This document shows positions 48,463 to 56,734 of a stretch of DNA of 64,000 nt, piece after piece. The position numbers and the translations under genes are program-made. Within the stretch, counting starts at the first letter, position 1. Each line of letters opens with the position of its first letter. Source of the stretch: Minisyncoccota bacterium (GTDB taxonomy: Bacteria; Patescibacteriota; Minisyncoccia; JBAYJV01); the NCBI GenBank assembly GCA_041664925.1, contig JBAYJV010000003.1, positions 21,179 to 85,178 on the forward strand. Reading direction: 5' to 3'. Under the pieces are notes generated by a model that was not told where the DNA came from, ran no database searches, and saw only the letters and a program-made list of their open reading frames with translations.

Positions 48463-50211
48463 TCAAAGTGAAGGTAGGATTTTTTCCAAAAAATCCTTAA
48501 TTTTCATTTCCCCAATATCTCCCTTGCCTCTTTCTCTGATTCTAACTGTTTTTGCGCCAACTTCCTGATCGCCAATCACGAAAATATAAGGAGTTTTTTG
48601 CATTTCTGCTTCTCTGATTTTCTTGCCAATCGTTTCGTTTCTTTCGTCGAGTTCAACTCTAATTTTTGAAGCCTTTAACTCTTTGACAATTTCTCTTCCA
48701 TAATCAAGGTGTTTATCTGATATGGGCAAAATCTTTACTTGGACAGGAGAAAGCCACATGGGAAAAGCGCCGCCGTAATTTTCAATCAAAACGCCCATGA
48801 ATCTTTCAAGCGACCCCAAAAGGGCGCGATGAACGACAAAAGGTCTTTCTTTTTCACTTTTTGCATTAATAAATGAAAGATCAAATTTTTCCGGCAAATT
48901 AAAATCAATCTGAATAGTTGATATTTGCCAGGTTCTTCCGAGTTCGTCTTTAACTTTAATATCAATCTTTGGTCCGTAAAAAACTGCTTCGCCTTCGTCG
49001 CGCTGGAATTTCCATTTTTCTTGCTCAAGTGCCTTTTCAAGAGTAGCTTCGGCGTCATTCCAACCCTCTTCGGATCCTAAGTATTTATCTTTATTTTTTG
49101 AATCACGAACACTTAATCTCACTTCGTATTCTTTGAAATCAAACTTTGTGAGAATTTCTTTAGTGAGGCGAACGACATTTATTACTTCGCTTAATAATTG
49201 ATCTTTGCCAGCACAGAAAATATGAGCATCGTCTTGAGTAAAGCCGCGAACGCGAACCAATCCATGCAAAGTGCCTGATTTTTCATAACGATAAACTGTT
49301 CCTAGTTCTGTGTAGCGGATAGGAAATTCGCGATAACTTCTCAAACTCGATTTATAAATCTTCATATGAAATGGGCAGTTCATCGGCTTGAGCTGATAGT
49401 CGCCCTTTTCTTCCTTGTCGATTTCTGCCATATGAAAAGATGGAAACATGCTGTCTTTATAAAACCCGGTGTGTCCGGAAGTTTTCCAGAGTTTTAAATT
49501 AGCAATATGAGGGGTATTTAGCAGCTGATATCCTTCTTCAAGATATCTATCCAAAACATAAGTTTCAATAATGCGTTTGAGTAGCGCTCCTTTAGGATGC
49601 CACAAAATCAGTCCCGGACCAACTTCATCATCAATATGAAAAAGATCGAGTTGTTGTCCTAAAAGACGATGATCTCTTTTCTCAATTTCTTCCTGAAGTT
49701 TTAAATAAATATCCAGTTTATCTTTTGATTCAAAAGCAACGGCATAGATTCTTTGAAGCTGGGCGTTGTTTTCGCTTCCCTTCCAGTAGGCGCCAGCAAG
49801 CTTGGTTAGTTTAAATCCTTCCGGATCAATTTCCTTAGTATTTTCTATATGAGGACCCTTGCACAGGTCGACAAAATCGCCGGTTCTATAAATAGAAACT
49901 TTCTTTTCACCCTCTTCTTTTAAATCATGAATGAGTTCCAATTTATAGGGCTCATTTTTGAAAATCTTTTCTGCTTCTGAAAAGGATTTTTCTTCTTTAA
50001 TAAAATCAAGATTTTGTTTTATGATTTTCTTCATCTCTTTTTCGATTTTCAGAAGATCAGCTTCTGTTATTTTAGAAGATAAATCAAAATCATAATAAAA
50101 GCCGTTTTCAATTGTCGGTCCGATGCCAAAAATTACTTTCGGATAAAGTTTTTTAACCGCCATTGCCATAATGTGAGATAAGCTATGGCGTATATTTTCT
50201 ATATTAGACAT
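48463..50211 (-). CDS. thrS: threonyl-tRNA synthetase, form lacking the N-terminal TGS/editing extension
   Basis: Class-II catalytic core followed by the C-terminal anticodon-binding HRALLGSLERFMGVLIE ... VKILPISDKH region. 582 aa. Confidence 0.85.
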   Translation of the reverse strand: MSNIENIRHSLSHIMAMAVKKLYPKVIFGIGPTIENGFYYDFDLSSKITEADLLKIEKEMKKIIKQNLDFIKEEKSFSEAEKIFKNEPYKLELIHDLKEEGEKKVSIYRTGDFVDLCKGPHIENTKEIDPEGFKLTKLAGAYWKGSENNAQLQRIYAVAFESKDKLDIYLKLQEEIEKRDHRLLGQQLDLFHIDDEVGPGLILWHPKGALLKRIIETYVLDRYLEEGYQLLNTPHIANLKLWKTSGHTGFYKDSMFPSFHMAEIDKEEKGDYQLKPMNCPFHMKIYKSSLRSYREFPIRYTELGTVYRYEKSGTLHGLVRVRGFTQDDAHIFCAGKDQLLSEVINVVRLTKEILTKFDFKEYEVRLSVRDSKNKDKYLGSEEGWNDAEATLEKALEQEKWKFQRDEGEAVFYGPKIDIKVKDELGRTWQISTIQIDFNLPEKFDLSFINAKSEKERPFVVHRALLGSLERFMGVLIENYGGAFPMWLSPVQVKILPISDKHLDYGREIVKELKASKIRVELDERNETIGKKIREAEMQKTPYIFVIGDQEVGAKTVRIRERGKGDIGEMKIKDFLEKILPSL

Positions 50212-50227
50212 GATGTAAATTAAAAAC

Positions 50228-53200
50228 TTATTTTAATTCTTGCACTTTTTCGCAGATCATTTTTGCGACATCACTCCTGGTGTCAATTTTACCTTCAACC
50301 AAGATAATCTTATCTTCTACCCAGATACTAGGATCTCTGCGCAACATCTTAGGAAAGACAATCACCTCTATTTTCCCGGTTAAATCTTCCAGTTCTACAA
50401 ACACCATTTGATCGCCTTTCTTTGTAACAACTCTTTTGATCGAGCTGATGATGCCGCCGATTTTCTGAGTGCTGCCATTAAACCCAAAGCTAGTATCTAT
50501 ATTATCTATCGGAAAGGTCTTTTTTTCAAGAGTTTTACGGTATTTTTCAAGAGGGTGAGATGAAACATATAACCCAAGAAGTTCTTTTTCCCAACGAAGC
50601 GTTTCTTGGCCATCGACATCTGGATATTTTTTAAGCTTAAGATTTAGGTCTTTTACATCTTGTCCTGAAAAAAGACTGGTTTGGCCATTAGCTTTATTTT
50701 TTTGATTTTCTTTAGCAATTTTAAGAATATTTTCAACGTTTCCCAAGAGCGTGCTTCTTGATTCAAAACTATCAAGAACCCCGGCTTTTATAAGGGATTC
50801 TAGTGATTTTTTATTTAAATCTTTATGATTGACTCTTTCAATAAAATCTTCGATATTTTTATACGGTCCGTCAGTTTTTCTTTCCTGAATCATAGCGTCA
50901 ATAAGATGATCGCCGACATTTTTAATAGCTGTCAGCCCGAAACGAATCTTATTAGGAGATGAGTTTTCTTTTTCCGGTTTGACGATTGTGAAGTTTTCCC
51001 ATGATTCATTAATATCTGGCGGAAGAACTTCAATCCCCATATCGCGAGTAGCATCAACCAATTTAGCAATTCGATCAATATTGGCGCTTTCCGAAGTCAT
51101 CAAAGCAGCCATAAATTCAGCCGGAAAATGAGCTTTCAAATAGGCAGTTTCGTAAGCAATATGCGCGTAGCAAGCAGCATGGGATCGGTTAAAACCATAT
51201 CTTGCAAAGGGCTTGATGAATTGCCATATCTGACGAGCAATATTTTTGTCAATGCCATTTTTGATCATCCCTTCAATCAATTTCTTTTCCTGGGCTGCAA
51301 GAAGTTTTTCAATTTTTTTACCTACCGCTTTTCTTAATTGATCTGCTTCAGTATAAGTCAATCCGCCCAATTCTTGAGCCAGCTGAATGATCTGTTCCTG
51401 ATAGACGATAATGCCATAAGTTCTCTCAAGGCCTTTTTTTAATTTAGGGTGGATGTATTCTGGCGCCTCAAGACCATGTTTTCTTCTAATAAAACTAGGA
51501 ATAAGTTCCATGGGACCAGGTCGATAAAGAGCCACCATCGCGATAATATCTTCCATTTCTGTCGGCTTAAGCTGTTTTAGATAACGCGTCATTCCTCCAG
51601 ATTCAAGCTGGAAAATGCCGATGGTTTTGCCATCGCGCAAAAGCTTAAAAGCCTTATCATCATCCAGAGGAATGTCGGAAACTTTGATGCGCTGTCCGCG
51701 AGTAGCTTTTACAATCTTAAGAGTATTTTCAATAACAGTTAAGTTTTTCAGTCCCAAAAAGTCCATTTTCAAAAGTCCTAGCGATTCAACGGCGTGCATT
51801 TCATATTGGGTAACAATAGTTTTATCACTTTGAGAGGCATACTGAAGAGGGGTGAAATTTGAAAGCGGATCTTCTGTGATGACAACGCCGCAAGCGTGAG
51901 TAGAAGCATGGCGAACCACGCCCTCAAGTTTTTTTGCATATTTAATCAGTTTTTTAGCGTTTTCATCTTTTTCACAAAGGTCTCTGAGCTCGGTAACTTC
52001 TTCAAGCGATTGTTTAAGCGAATAACCAAAGGGAATCATTTTAGCAATTTGATCGCAGAAAGAATAAGAAATTCCTAAGGCGCGACCGACATCTCGAATC
52101 GCCATACGCGATGCCATTGTTCCAAAAGTAATAATTTGTGCGACTCTATCTTGGCCATATCTTTGACGCGCATATTCAATCACCTCATCACGCCTCATGT
52201 CGGTAAAATCAATATCAATATCTGGCATGGAAATTCTGTCGGGACTCAAGAATCTTTCAAACATCAGATCGTATTCCAAAGGATTAACATCGGTAATGTT
52301 CAAAGCATAAGAAACCAAACTTCCCGCCGCGCTTCCTCTTCCTGGTCCCACAACAATTCCGTTATTCTTTGCCCAGTTAATAAAATCTTGAACAATTAAA
52401 AAATATGAAGCATAACCGGTTTTTTCAATGATTGAAAATTCATAATTGATTCTATCTTTAACGACTTTTGTGTCAGCCTCTTTTTTAAGGCGCTTCTTTA
52501 TGCCAACATCAACCAACTTTCTAAGATACAAAAGAAGATCGGTTTCTCCTTCTGGCAAATCAAACTTTGGCAAATGAATTGTTTCCAAATCAAGTTTGAC
52601 GTCGCATTTCTTCGCAATATCTTGGGTTGTTTCAATTGAAGAAGGGTAATCCTTGAAGCTCTTTGTCATTTCTTCTGGAGATTTTAATGAAAAATCGTAA
52701 TTCTTCATCGTCATTCTGTCTTCATCGTAAACCTTATTTCCCGTTTGAACTGCCACCAAAATATCTTGAGCAAGCGCATCGTCGGGATTGATATAATGCG
52801 AATCCTGAGTGGCAACAATCTGCACATCAAGTTCTTTTGCAAGCTTCGCCATCGCTTTATTGACAATTTCCTGTTCTTCAAGTCCAGGATGATGTTGAAG
52901 TTCCAAATAAAAATCGCCTTTTTTGAAGATTTCCTTCATTCGCAAAATAATCTTTTTCGCTTCATCAATTTTTCCTGAAAGGATTGTTTTGGGAATATGT
53001 CCTGAAAGACATCCTGACAGTGCAATGACGCCTTCCGAGTAATTTTCCAGCAGATCGTAATCAACGCGCGGCCTATAATAAAAACCCTCTAAATGAGCGA
53101 GGGTTGTCAGTTTTAAAAGATTTTTATAACCTTTTTCGTTTTTGGCGAGAAGCGTCAAGTGATAATTAAGCGCATCTGACTTTGATTGCTTATTTTTCAT

Positions 53201-53428
53201 ACCGCCCGGCGCAACATAAGCCTCAACGCCAATAATCGGTTTGATGTTTCGAGCCTTGGCTTTTTGATAGAACTCAATAGCGCCGTACATGACGCCATGA
53301 TCAGTCAGCGCAATTGCTTCCATTCCATCTTTTTCGCATTTATCGAGAATTTCATCAATCTTGGAAAGCCCATCAAGCAAGGAATAATGGGAGTGGACAT
53401 GCAAATGTGTAAACAAAGATTTCGCCAT
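50228..53428 (-). CDS. dnaE: DNA polymerase III alpha subunit
   Basis: N-terminal PHP domain HLHVHSHYSLLDG. 1066 aa. The whole length is polIII-alpha-like. Confidence 0.9.
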   Translation of the reverse strand: MAKSLFTHLHVHSHYSLLDGLSKIDEILDKCEKDGMEAIALTDHGVMYGAIEFYQKAKARNIKPIIGVEAYVAPGGMKNKQSKSDALNYHLTLLAKNEKGYKNLLKLTTLAHLEGFYYRPRVDYDLLENYSEGVIALSGCLSGHIPKTILSGKIDEAKKIILRMKEIFKKGDFYLELQHHPGLEEQEIVNKAMAKLAKELDVQIVATQDSHYINPDDALAQDILVAVQTGNKVYDEDRMTMKNYDFSLKSPEEMTKSFKDYPSSIETTQDIAKKCDVKLDLETIHLPKFDLPEGETDLLLYLRKLVDVGIKKRLKKEADTKVVKDRINYEFSIIEKTGYASYFLIVQDFINWAKNNGIVVGPGRGSAAGSLVSYALNITDVNPLEYDLMFERFLSPDRISMPDIDIDFTDMRRDEVIEYARQRYGQDRVAQIITFGTMASRMAIRDVGRALGISYSFCDQIAKMIPFGYSLKQSLEEVTELRDLCEKDENAKKLIKYAKKLEGVVRHASTHACGVVITEDPLSNFTPLQYASQSDKTIVTQYEMHAVESLGLLKMDFLGLKNLTVIENTLKIVKATRGQRIKVSDIPLDDDKAFKLLRDGKTIGIFQLESGGMTRYLKQLKPTEMEDIIAMVALYRPGPMELIPSFIRRKHGLEAPEYIHPKLKKGLERTYGIIVYQEQIIQLAQELGGLTYTEADQLRKAVGKKIEKLLAAQEKKLIEGMIKNGIDKNIARQIWQFIKPFARYGFNRSHAACYAHIAYETAYLKAHFPAEFMAALMTSESANIDRIAKLVDATRDMGIEVLPPDINESWENFTIVKPEKENSSPNKIRFGLTAIKNVGDHLIDAMIQERKTDGPYKNIEDFIERVNHKDLNKKSLESLIKAGVLDSFESRSTLLGNVENILKIAKENQKNKANGQTSLFSGQDVKDLNLKLKKYPDVDGQETLRWEKELLGLYVSSHPLEKYRKTLEKKTFPIDNIDTSFGFNGSTQKIGGIISSIKRVVTKKGDQMVFVELEDLTGKIEVIVFPKMLRRDPSIWVEDKIILVEGKIDTRSDVAKMICEKVQELK

Positions 53429-53738
53429 AGCCTACAGGGTTAAAAAAGTTTAAAGTTTAAAGTGAAAAGTTCAAAATTACAGTGTAAAATTTAAAATCAT
53501 AAATTCTTCCAACATTTTGCACTTTTCCATCTTCCGCCAAGGTTCTCCGACATTTTGTCGGAGGTTCTTCCTTTTAACTTTTCACTTCCTTTCTATTCTA
53601 AACTTTTTTATACTAACTTCAATTGGGGATAAGTGTCAAAATTCCACAAAACTCTTGCATTTTACACAATATTGTGCTATAATGTATAGTGAAAGAAAGG
53701 TTAGGGTTTTCGGTTTGAAAATACGCTAAGGAGGCAAA

Positions 53739-54131
53739 GTGAAAGACGGCAAAGTTGTGATTCTTGTCGTGGATGACAGTTTTCCCGACTGGAAACACGA
53801 ATGGGAACATGAGCTTCCCGATGGCGTTGAGGTCGTTTCGACTATGGAGCTTGAGGAAGGCAGGAGGCTTTTCCAGGAGCGCAAGAACGAAATCGACATC
53901 ATCGTCATTGATTATCAGGTCATCGGCGGAACGACGCCGGATCTGATTCGTGAAATCAAAGCATCGGGATTTAAGGGAGTGGTAATTGGCGTGTCTTACA
54001 CGACAATTCAACCGCTCATCGACGCTGGTTGCGATTACACTTGTGACCGCAAGTGTCTGTTCCACGATCGTGAACTTAACATCTTCGGTCACCTCGAGGA
54101 AGAAATCGCGAAAGCGAGGAGGGCGGAATGA
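53739..54131 (+). CDS. stand-alone receiver (REC/CheY-like) domain protein, GTG start
   Basis: ILVVDD acidic pocket. IIVIDYQ places a candidate phospho-Asp. Transcribed from cassette promoter module 53655. Translationally coupled (ATGA) to the next ORF. Confidence 0.5.
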   Translation: MKDGKVVILVVDDSFPDWKHEWEHELPDGVEVVSTMELEEGRRLFQERKNEIDIIVIDYQVIGGTTPDLIREIKASGFKGVVIGVSYTTIQPLIDAGCDYTCDRKCLFHDRELNIFGHLEEEIAKARRAE

Positions 54132-54670
54132 GGGTTACGTTCTTGAGGCAAAGAAAAGGTATACAGATGGAGACTGTCAGAGGAGCCGACAGTATCGGTT
54201 CCTACGATGTCGTAAGGAGAATTGTGGAACTCCTGGAAAGTTCGGCAACGAACTTGATCAGGGCGGGTAAAGACAATCTATTCCTCTACTCCTACGATAC
54301 CGTCACGGATGAACCAGTTTGTGATGTGTACCATGGATTTTTCGATAGTGATCGTAGATACTTACTCATCATTCTTCTGTATCAGGAATTGGACAGGAGA
54401 TTGAGAGATAAAAATCTCAATGGGTTTGAGGAGGGATTCGTCGGTGTTTACATGCCGGGACTTCTCGATAATCCAGAGATTAGTATCGAAACAAAGTTCA
54501 AGACGGTTGCTGCCGTTCTCTATGGCGGGGCGCGGCGACGAAGTGATGTCGAGCGTCTCATGGAGAAGGATTGGAAGGATCTCATCGCGGCGATCCGAAT
54601 CGCTCAGAGTGAGGGAATCGGCGCGGTCGAGGTTCTCAATTTCATCGAACAACAACCAGTTGCCGCTTAG
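54128..54670 (+). CDS. cassette ORF, 180 aa, paralog of 43476
   Basis: The shared C-terminus AVEVLNFIEQQPVAA matches AVEVLDLLEPVAA. Type-3-like terminator at 54681. Confidence 0.5.
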   Translation: MRVTFLRQRKGIQMETVRGADSIGSYDVVRRIVELLESSATNLIRAGKDNLFLYSYDTVTDEPVCDVYHGFFDSDRRYLLIILLYQELDRRLRDKNLNGFEEGFVGVYMPGLLDNPEISIETKFKTVAAVLYGGARRRSDVERLMEKDWKDLIAAIRIAQSEGIGAVEVLNFIEQQPVAA

Positions 54671-54861
54671 GAGAGCGGCCTGTCCCCCGGTAAACGACCG
54701 GGGGACTTTTTTATTGAAAAATATTGCATTTTATTAATTATATAGTATGATAAATTTGTTTCTTGATAGCGAATTGGTTGGAAAATATTCTTACTAATTT
54801 GCTGTCAAGACAGACAGTTATCTAGCAATCGGGCTGGATATTCCCAAGACAGGGAGGGTGT

Positions 54862-55287
54862 ATGGATTTTGTAAGTCGTGTCAATCAAAATCAGTCTAAA
54901 CATACTGCTCTTTTGGTGGCAGAACAGGCCTTTCGTCATAATTTTCCTGACGCCAAAATCATTGGAATTGATGGAGTGTTCAATTTTCTTTATATGGACG
55001 AGACGATACCACATTTGCTTGCGATTATTGATTACAGTTTTGAGACGGAAGAATGGCAGTGCCGAAAAGGAAAAAAGTATAACCAAGTTAGGATCTCTGT
55101 TAGTTTAAGAATGCATAGAGATTTTCCAACCTGGGTTCCTGTTGAAACGGTTAAAGTCATAAAGTTAGAAGAGTTTATTGAAGTCGATATCAAAACAGCT
55201 GAGTTTATTGTCAAAACAAGTCATGATGCCATGAGAGAATGGAATCCTAAGTGGGAACTTGTTCCTTTGCCGAAAAAAAGCCAATAG
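54862..55287 (+). CDS. cassette ORF, 141 aa, distant paralog of 32595 and 44338
   Basis: Third copy of the long leader. Variant promoter TTGCAT-16-TATGAT at about 54724. Hairpin terminator at about 55296-55328. Confidence 0.45.
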   Translation: MDFVSRVNQNQSKHTALLVAEQAFRHNFPDAKIIGIDGVFNFLYMDETIPHLLAIIDYSFETEEWQCRKGKKYNQVRISVSLRMHRDFPTWVPVETVKVIKLEEFIEVDIKTAEFIVKTSHDAMREWNPKWELVPLPKKSQ

Positions 55288-55441
55288 AGTTTCATTCAGG
55301 GGAGTCAGCGTGCTTCCCTGTTTTTTTGATTAAAAAAACTTATGTTATTTTATATTATTTCTATACCACTAATGAAATATGTGGGAGGCTCAGCCTCCCA
55401 CATATTTCAAATTCAAATATTAAATATGATATAATTTTAAT

Positions 55442-56125
55442 ATGAGAAAAATAGAATTCATAACATCCGATATATACTTATATCACATCTACAATCGTGG
55501 AGTAGACAAGCGAAACATTTTTTTAGAAAATGATGATTATGTTCGTTTTATTCATGATCTTTTTGAGTTTAACGATACAAGACCGGCTAGAGAATTTTCT
55601 CGTGCAAAAAATATAATTATTGATCAAGAGAAAAGAAAATTGAAAGTTGAAATTCTTGCTTTCTGTCTTATGCCAAATCATTTTCATTTATTATTAAAGC
55701 AAAAAGAAGATAGGGGAATTAAAGAATTTATGCATAAAATAGGAACTGGATATACGATGTATTTTAATAGGAAAAACAAGAGATCGGGAGTATTATTCCA
55801 GGGTAGATTTAAGGCAAAACTTATAGACAATGAACCATATTTCAAGTATATGCCCCACTATATTCATGCCAATGCGTTGGATTTATTCCAGTCTGATTGG
55901 CGTGAACAAAGCATAAAAAACATAAAACAAGCATTAGAATTTTTAAAAAAATATCGTTGGTCTAGTTGTTCAGATTATTTGGGGAAAAAGAATTTTCAAT
56001 CGGTTATATCAAAGAATTTTATTGATAGCATGTGGGGGAATTCAGAACATTATCAACAAGACCTTGAAGAATATATCAAAAATAGAGATATGTGGGAGGC
56101 TGAGCCTCCCACATATCTCGGATGA
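55442..56125 (+). CDS. IS200/RAYT-like HuH tyrosine-transposase-like protein, copy 3
   Basis: YHIYNRG, PNHFHLLL and SGVLFQGRFKA motifs. Flanked by the 29-bp GGGAGGCTCAGCCTCCC palindrome at about 55376 and about 56086, and the second copy forms the gene's 3' end. Confidence 0.75.
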   Translation: MRKIEFITSDIYLYHIYNRGVDKRNIFLENDDYVRFIHDLFEFNDTRPAREFSRAKNIIIDQEKRKLKVEILAFCLMPNHFHLLLKQKEDRGIKEFMHKIGTGYTMYFNRKNKRSGVLFQGRFKAKLIDNEPYFKYMPHYIHANALDLFQSDWREQSIKNIKQALEFLKKYRWSSCSDYLGKKNFQSVISKNFIDSMWGNSEHYQQDLEEYIKNRDMWEAEPPTYLG

Positions 56126-56206
56126 ATTCAAAACAAGTATTGAATATTTATCATTCAGAACGATTGACTTTTGAAGTTAAATAGAATAAAATATTACTAT
56201 AATTAT

Positions 56207-56253
56207 GCCCAGGTGGCGGAATTGGTAGACCTGCCGGCAGGCAGGCGCGCAAG
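56207..56253 (+). pseudogene. 5' fragment of a tRNA-Leu-like gene (acceptor GCCCAGG, D-arm), separated from its 3' part by the GIY-YIG insert
   Basis: Direct repeat of 56613-56657. Its 5' acceptor strand is complementary to the 3' end CTTGGGC at about 56701-56707. Confidence 0.4.
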
Positions 56254-56271
56254 TCTCATTAACAGAAAATT

Positions 56272-56514
56272 ATGGCAGATAAATATTGTATATATGTTAT
56301 TAAGAGTATTTCTCATAAGTACATATATGTAGGGTTAACTAATAATTACGAAAGAAGAATTAATCAACATAACAAAGGCAAGGAAAGAACGACAAGACAT
56401 TATCGTCCTTTTAAATCGGTTTTAACAGAAGAGTTTAAGACTCGAATAGAAGCGAGAAAAAGAGAAAAGTATCTTAAATCAGGTATTGGCAAGGAATATT
56501 TAAAATCAATATAA
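56272..56514 (+). CDS. GIY-YIG nuclease-domain minigene, 80 aa
   Basis: CIYVIKSISHKYIYVGLTNNYERRINQHN GIY-YIG signature. Paralog of 19956..20207. Confidence 0.75.
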   Translation: MADKYCIYVIKSISHKYIYVGLTNNYERRINQHNKGKERTTRHYRPFKSVLTEEFKTRIEARKREKYLKSGIGKEYLKSI

Positions 56515-56521
56515 TGTTTAT

Positions 56522-56605
56522 GCCGGGGTGGCGGAATTGGCAGACGCGCACGACTCAAAATCGTGTGAGATTACTCTCATGTGGGTTCGATTCCCACCTC
56601 CGGCA
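56522..56605 (+). tRNA. tRNA-Leu (anticodon CAA), with a long variable arm
   Basis: GCCGGGG acceptor, D-arm GCGGAATTGGCAGAC, anticodon loop CUCAAAA, variable arm GAGATTACTCTCAT, T-arm GTGGG-TTCGATT-CCCAC. The track ORFs at 56514 and 56528 here are artefacts. Confidence 0.75.
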
Positions 56606-56611
56606 TATTAT

Positions 56612-56707
56612 AGCGGAATTGGTAGACCTGCCTGCCGGCAGGCAGGCGCGCAGGTCTCAAAAACCTGTGAGATTACTCTCATGTGGGTTCGATTCCCACC
56701 TTGGGCA
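56612..56707 (+). pseudogene. tRNA-Leu(CAA)-like sequence that lacks the 5' acceptor strand and carries the CTGCCTGCCGGCAGGCAGG palindrome in the D-region. Disrupted second tRNA copy
   Basis: The anticodon stem-loop CAGGT-CUCAAAA-ACCTG covaries with the intact copy. The 3' end CTTGGGC pairs with the fragment at 56207. Confidence 0.45.
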
Positions 56708-56734
56708 CGAGTTTTATTTTTTTAAAGGAAAATT

